From a plasmid, in sequence record OW969666.1: a DNA stretch of 64,000 nt, one strand, 5' to 3'. This document shows, in pieces, positions 63,029 to 64,000 of the stretch. Within the stretch, counting starts at the first letter, position 1. The number at the start of each line of letters is the position of its first letter. The notes below the pieces were generated by a model that was given only the letters and a program-made list of their open reading frames with translations, was not told where the DNA came from and did no database searches. The position numbers and the translations under genes were made by a program.

Positions 63029-63457
63029 ATGAACCAGACCGTGACCTGTGATGCTGTTCGTCTTGAGGGTGCGCAGCGCCTGACTTTCCTGCCTGATTTG
63101 TTTGGCGGCGATTTTATGACGTCCGAGGCATCCGTGTACGCCTACGCCCAGCGTTACTGCCCTGAGTATCAGGGGGGATTCTGGCAGTTTTACCGGCTGC
63201 CGGAAGGCGGCGGATATATGGCGCCTGACGTGGAGAGCCTGACCCTGTGCAATCCGGACAACTGGTTTGAGGAGACTGTCAGCGGGGAAGTGGCGGGGAT
63301 CATCCTCACGGCGCTGGTACTGAATCACCGGAGCTGGCACCACAGCAACCATGACCATGAAGAACTGTGCCGCCACTTCTGCCGTCGCTATGAGCAGCTT
63401 ATGGCATTTGCTGACACCCATCCGGAAAGCGCCACCATCTGGCGTGCCCTTGACTGA
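63029..63457 (+). CDS. putative antirestriction protein (YfjX/KlcA-like family)
   Basis: The 142-aa product starts MNQTVTCDAVRLEGAQRLTFLPDLFG. The family call is recalled rather than computed and is moderate. Confidence 0.5.
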   Translation: MNQTVTCDAVRLEGAQRLTFLPDLFGGDFMTSEASVYAYAQRYCPEYQGGFWQFYRLPEGGGYMAPDVESLTLCNPDNWFEETVSGEVAGIILTALVLNHRSWHHSNHDHEELCRHFCRRYEQLMAFADTHPESATIWRALD

Positions 63458-63499
63458 CTGACCACGGGCGGTGATGCCGCCCGATAAAAGGAGAAAAAC

Positions 63500-63910
63500 A
63501 TGATTGGTACAGCAAGAGAAATTGCCCTTGAAATGTTCAGACATTCCGACCTCGATGGCGAGAAATACGTTTTCGCCTGCTGGAATCGAAATGACATTCG
63601 TTGCGTCTGCCTTGACTGGGATTTAACCGATGAGGAACTGGATGAAGTCCTGCGTCGGCTAAGTTCATGCCTTGAAAGTGGCGCGGATATCGGCCAGATA
63701 CGGGCGATTGTCGAAACCATGCTCGATGAGCGACGCGAGAAGCGAACCGTGACTATTCCCGCGAAATCGCTGGCCTTAGTCATGCAGCTTGCAGGACGGG
63801 AGATGCAACGTATCGCAGTATGCGCGGAGGATGGCGGCGGATCAGCTGAAGAAACCCTGAAAGAAGAAAACGACGTCATGATGCGCCTGCGCGCGGCGCT
63901 CGATGCCTGA
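63500..63910 (+). CDS. hypothetical leading-region protein
   Basis: The ORF is 136 aa. Confidence 0.4.
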   Translation: MIGTAREIALEMFRHSDLDGEKYVFACWNRNDIRCVCLDWDLTDEELDEVLRRLSSCLESGADIGQIRAIVETMLDERREKRTVTIPAKSLALVMQLAGREMQRIAVCAEDGGGSAEETLKEENDVMMRLRAALDA

Positions 63911-64000
63911 CAGAGAAACCGGAGGCATTGCCTCCGGAAACAGAACAAAAGGAGAACACCTTGCAACTGTCACCGGAAACCCGCAGCATCCTGCGCCAGT

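Overview
This window reads as an IncF-type multidrug-resistance plasmid of the kind found in Klebsiella and other Enterobacteriaceae. It has two backbone blocks and one large acquired region between them.

Backbone block 1 (1-8989):
- vapBC toxin-antitoxin pair
- two uncharacterised small genes
- a tyrosine recombinase plus a decayed partial copy
- RepFIB-type repA flanked by iterons
- sopAB partition genes with a sopC-like centromere
- the 3' part of umuC

Acquired region (8990-56537, about 47.5 kb): it is bounded by two directly oriented IS26 copies, sits inside umuC, and is flanked by a perfect 8-bp target duplication AGTTTGCG. It holds 8 IS26 copies arranged as a chain of resistance modules:
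- tetR/tetA(D)-frmA-frmB'
- IS26-intI1-dfrA14-mobC-IS6100
- an IncN-derived fragment: EcoRII R-M, delta-IS1, a membrane-anchored Mrr-like nuclease, kikA/korB-like genes, and traL/korA/traM/traA/traB (VirB1-VirB4)
- qnrS1 with Tn3-family remnants
- aac(6')-Ib-cr - blaOXA-1 - delta-catB3
- aac(3)-II - tmrB - delta-IS3-family
- a Tn2 remnant carrying the 2971-bp ISEcp1-blaCTX-M-15-orf477 unit (5-bp TSD TATGA) plus tnpR and blaTEM-1
- an IS3-family element
- strB-strA-sul2
- IS5075-like inside a Tn21-family inverted repeat with a delta-tnpA
- delta-catA2

Backbone block 2 (56538-64000):
- the 5' part of umuC and an intact umuD with a LexA box
- parM/stbA-stbB
- a leading-region segment carrying three copies of a ~185-bp hairpin-rich repeat that resembles the F plasmid Frpo/ssi single-strand promoter. 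Each copy precedes a gene: a hypothetical gene, an orphan DNA methyltransferase, and a putative antirestriction protein.

I found no CRISPR array and no tRNA or rRNA genes. I see no compelling evidence for a wholly new system. The best candidates for follow-up are the unexplained CATATG-rich repeat array at 785-985, the uncharacterised two-gene module at 1313-2264, and the Frpo-like triple repeat with its downstream genes.
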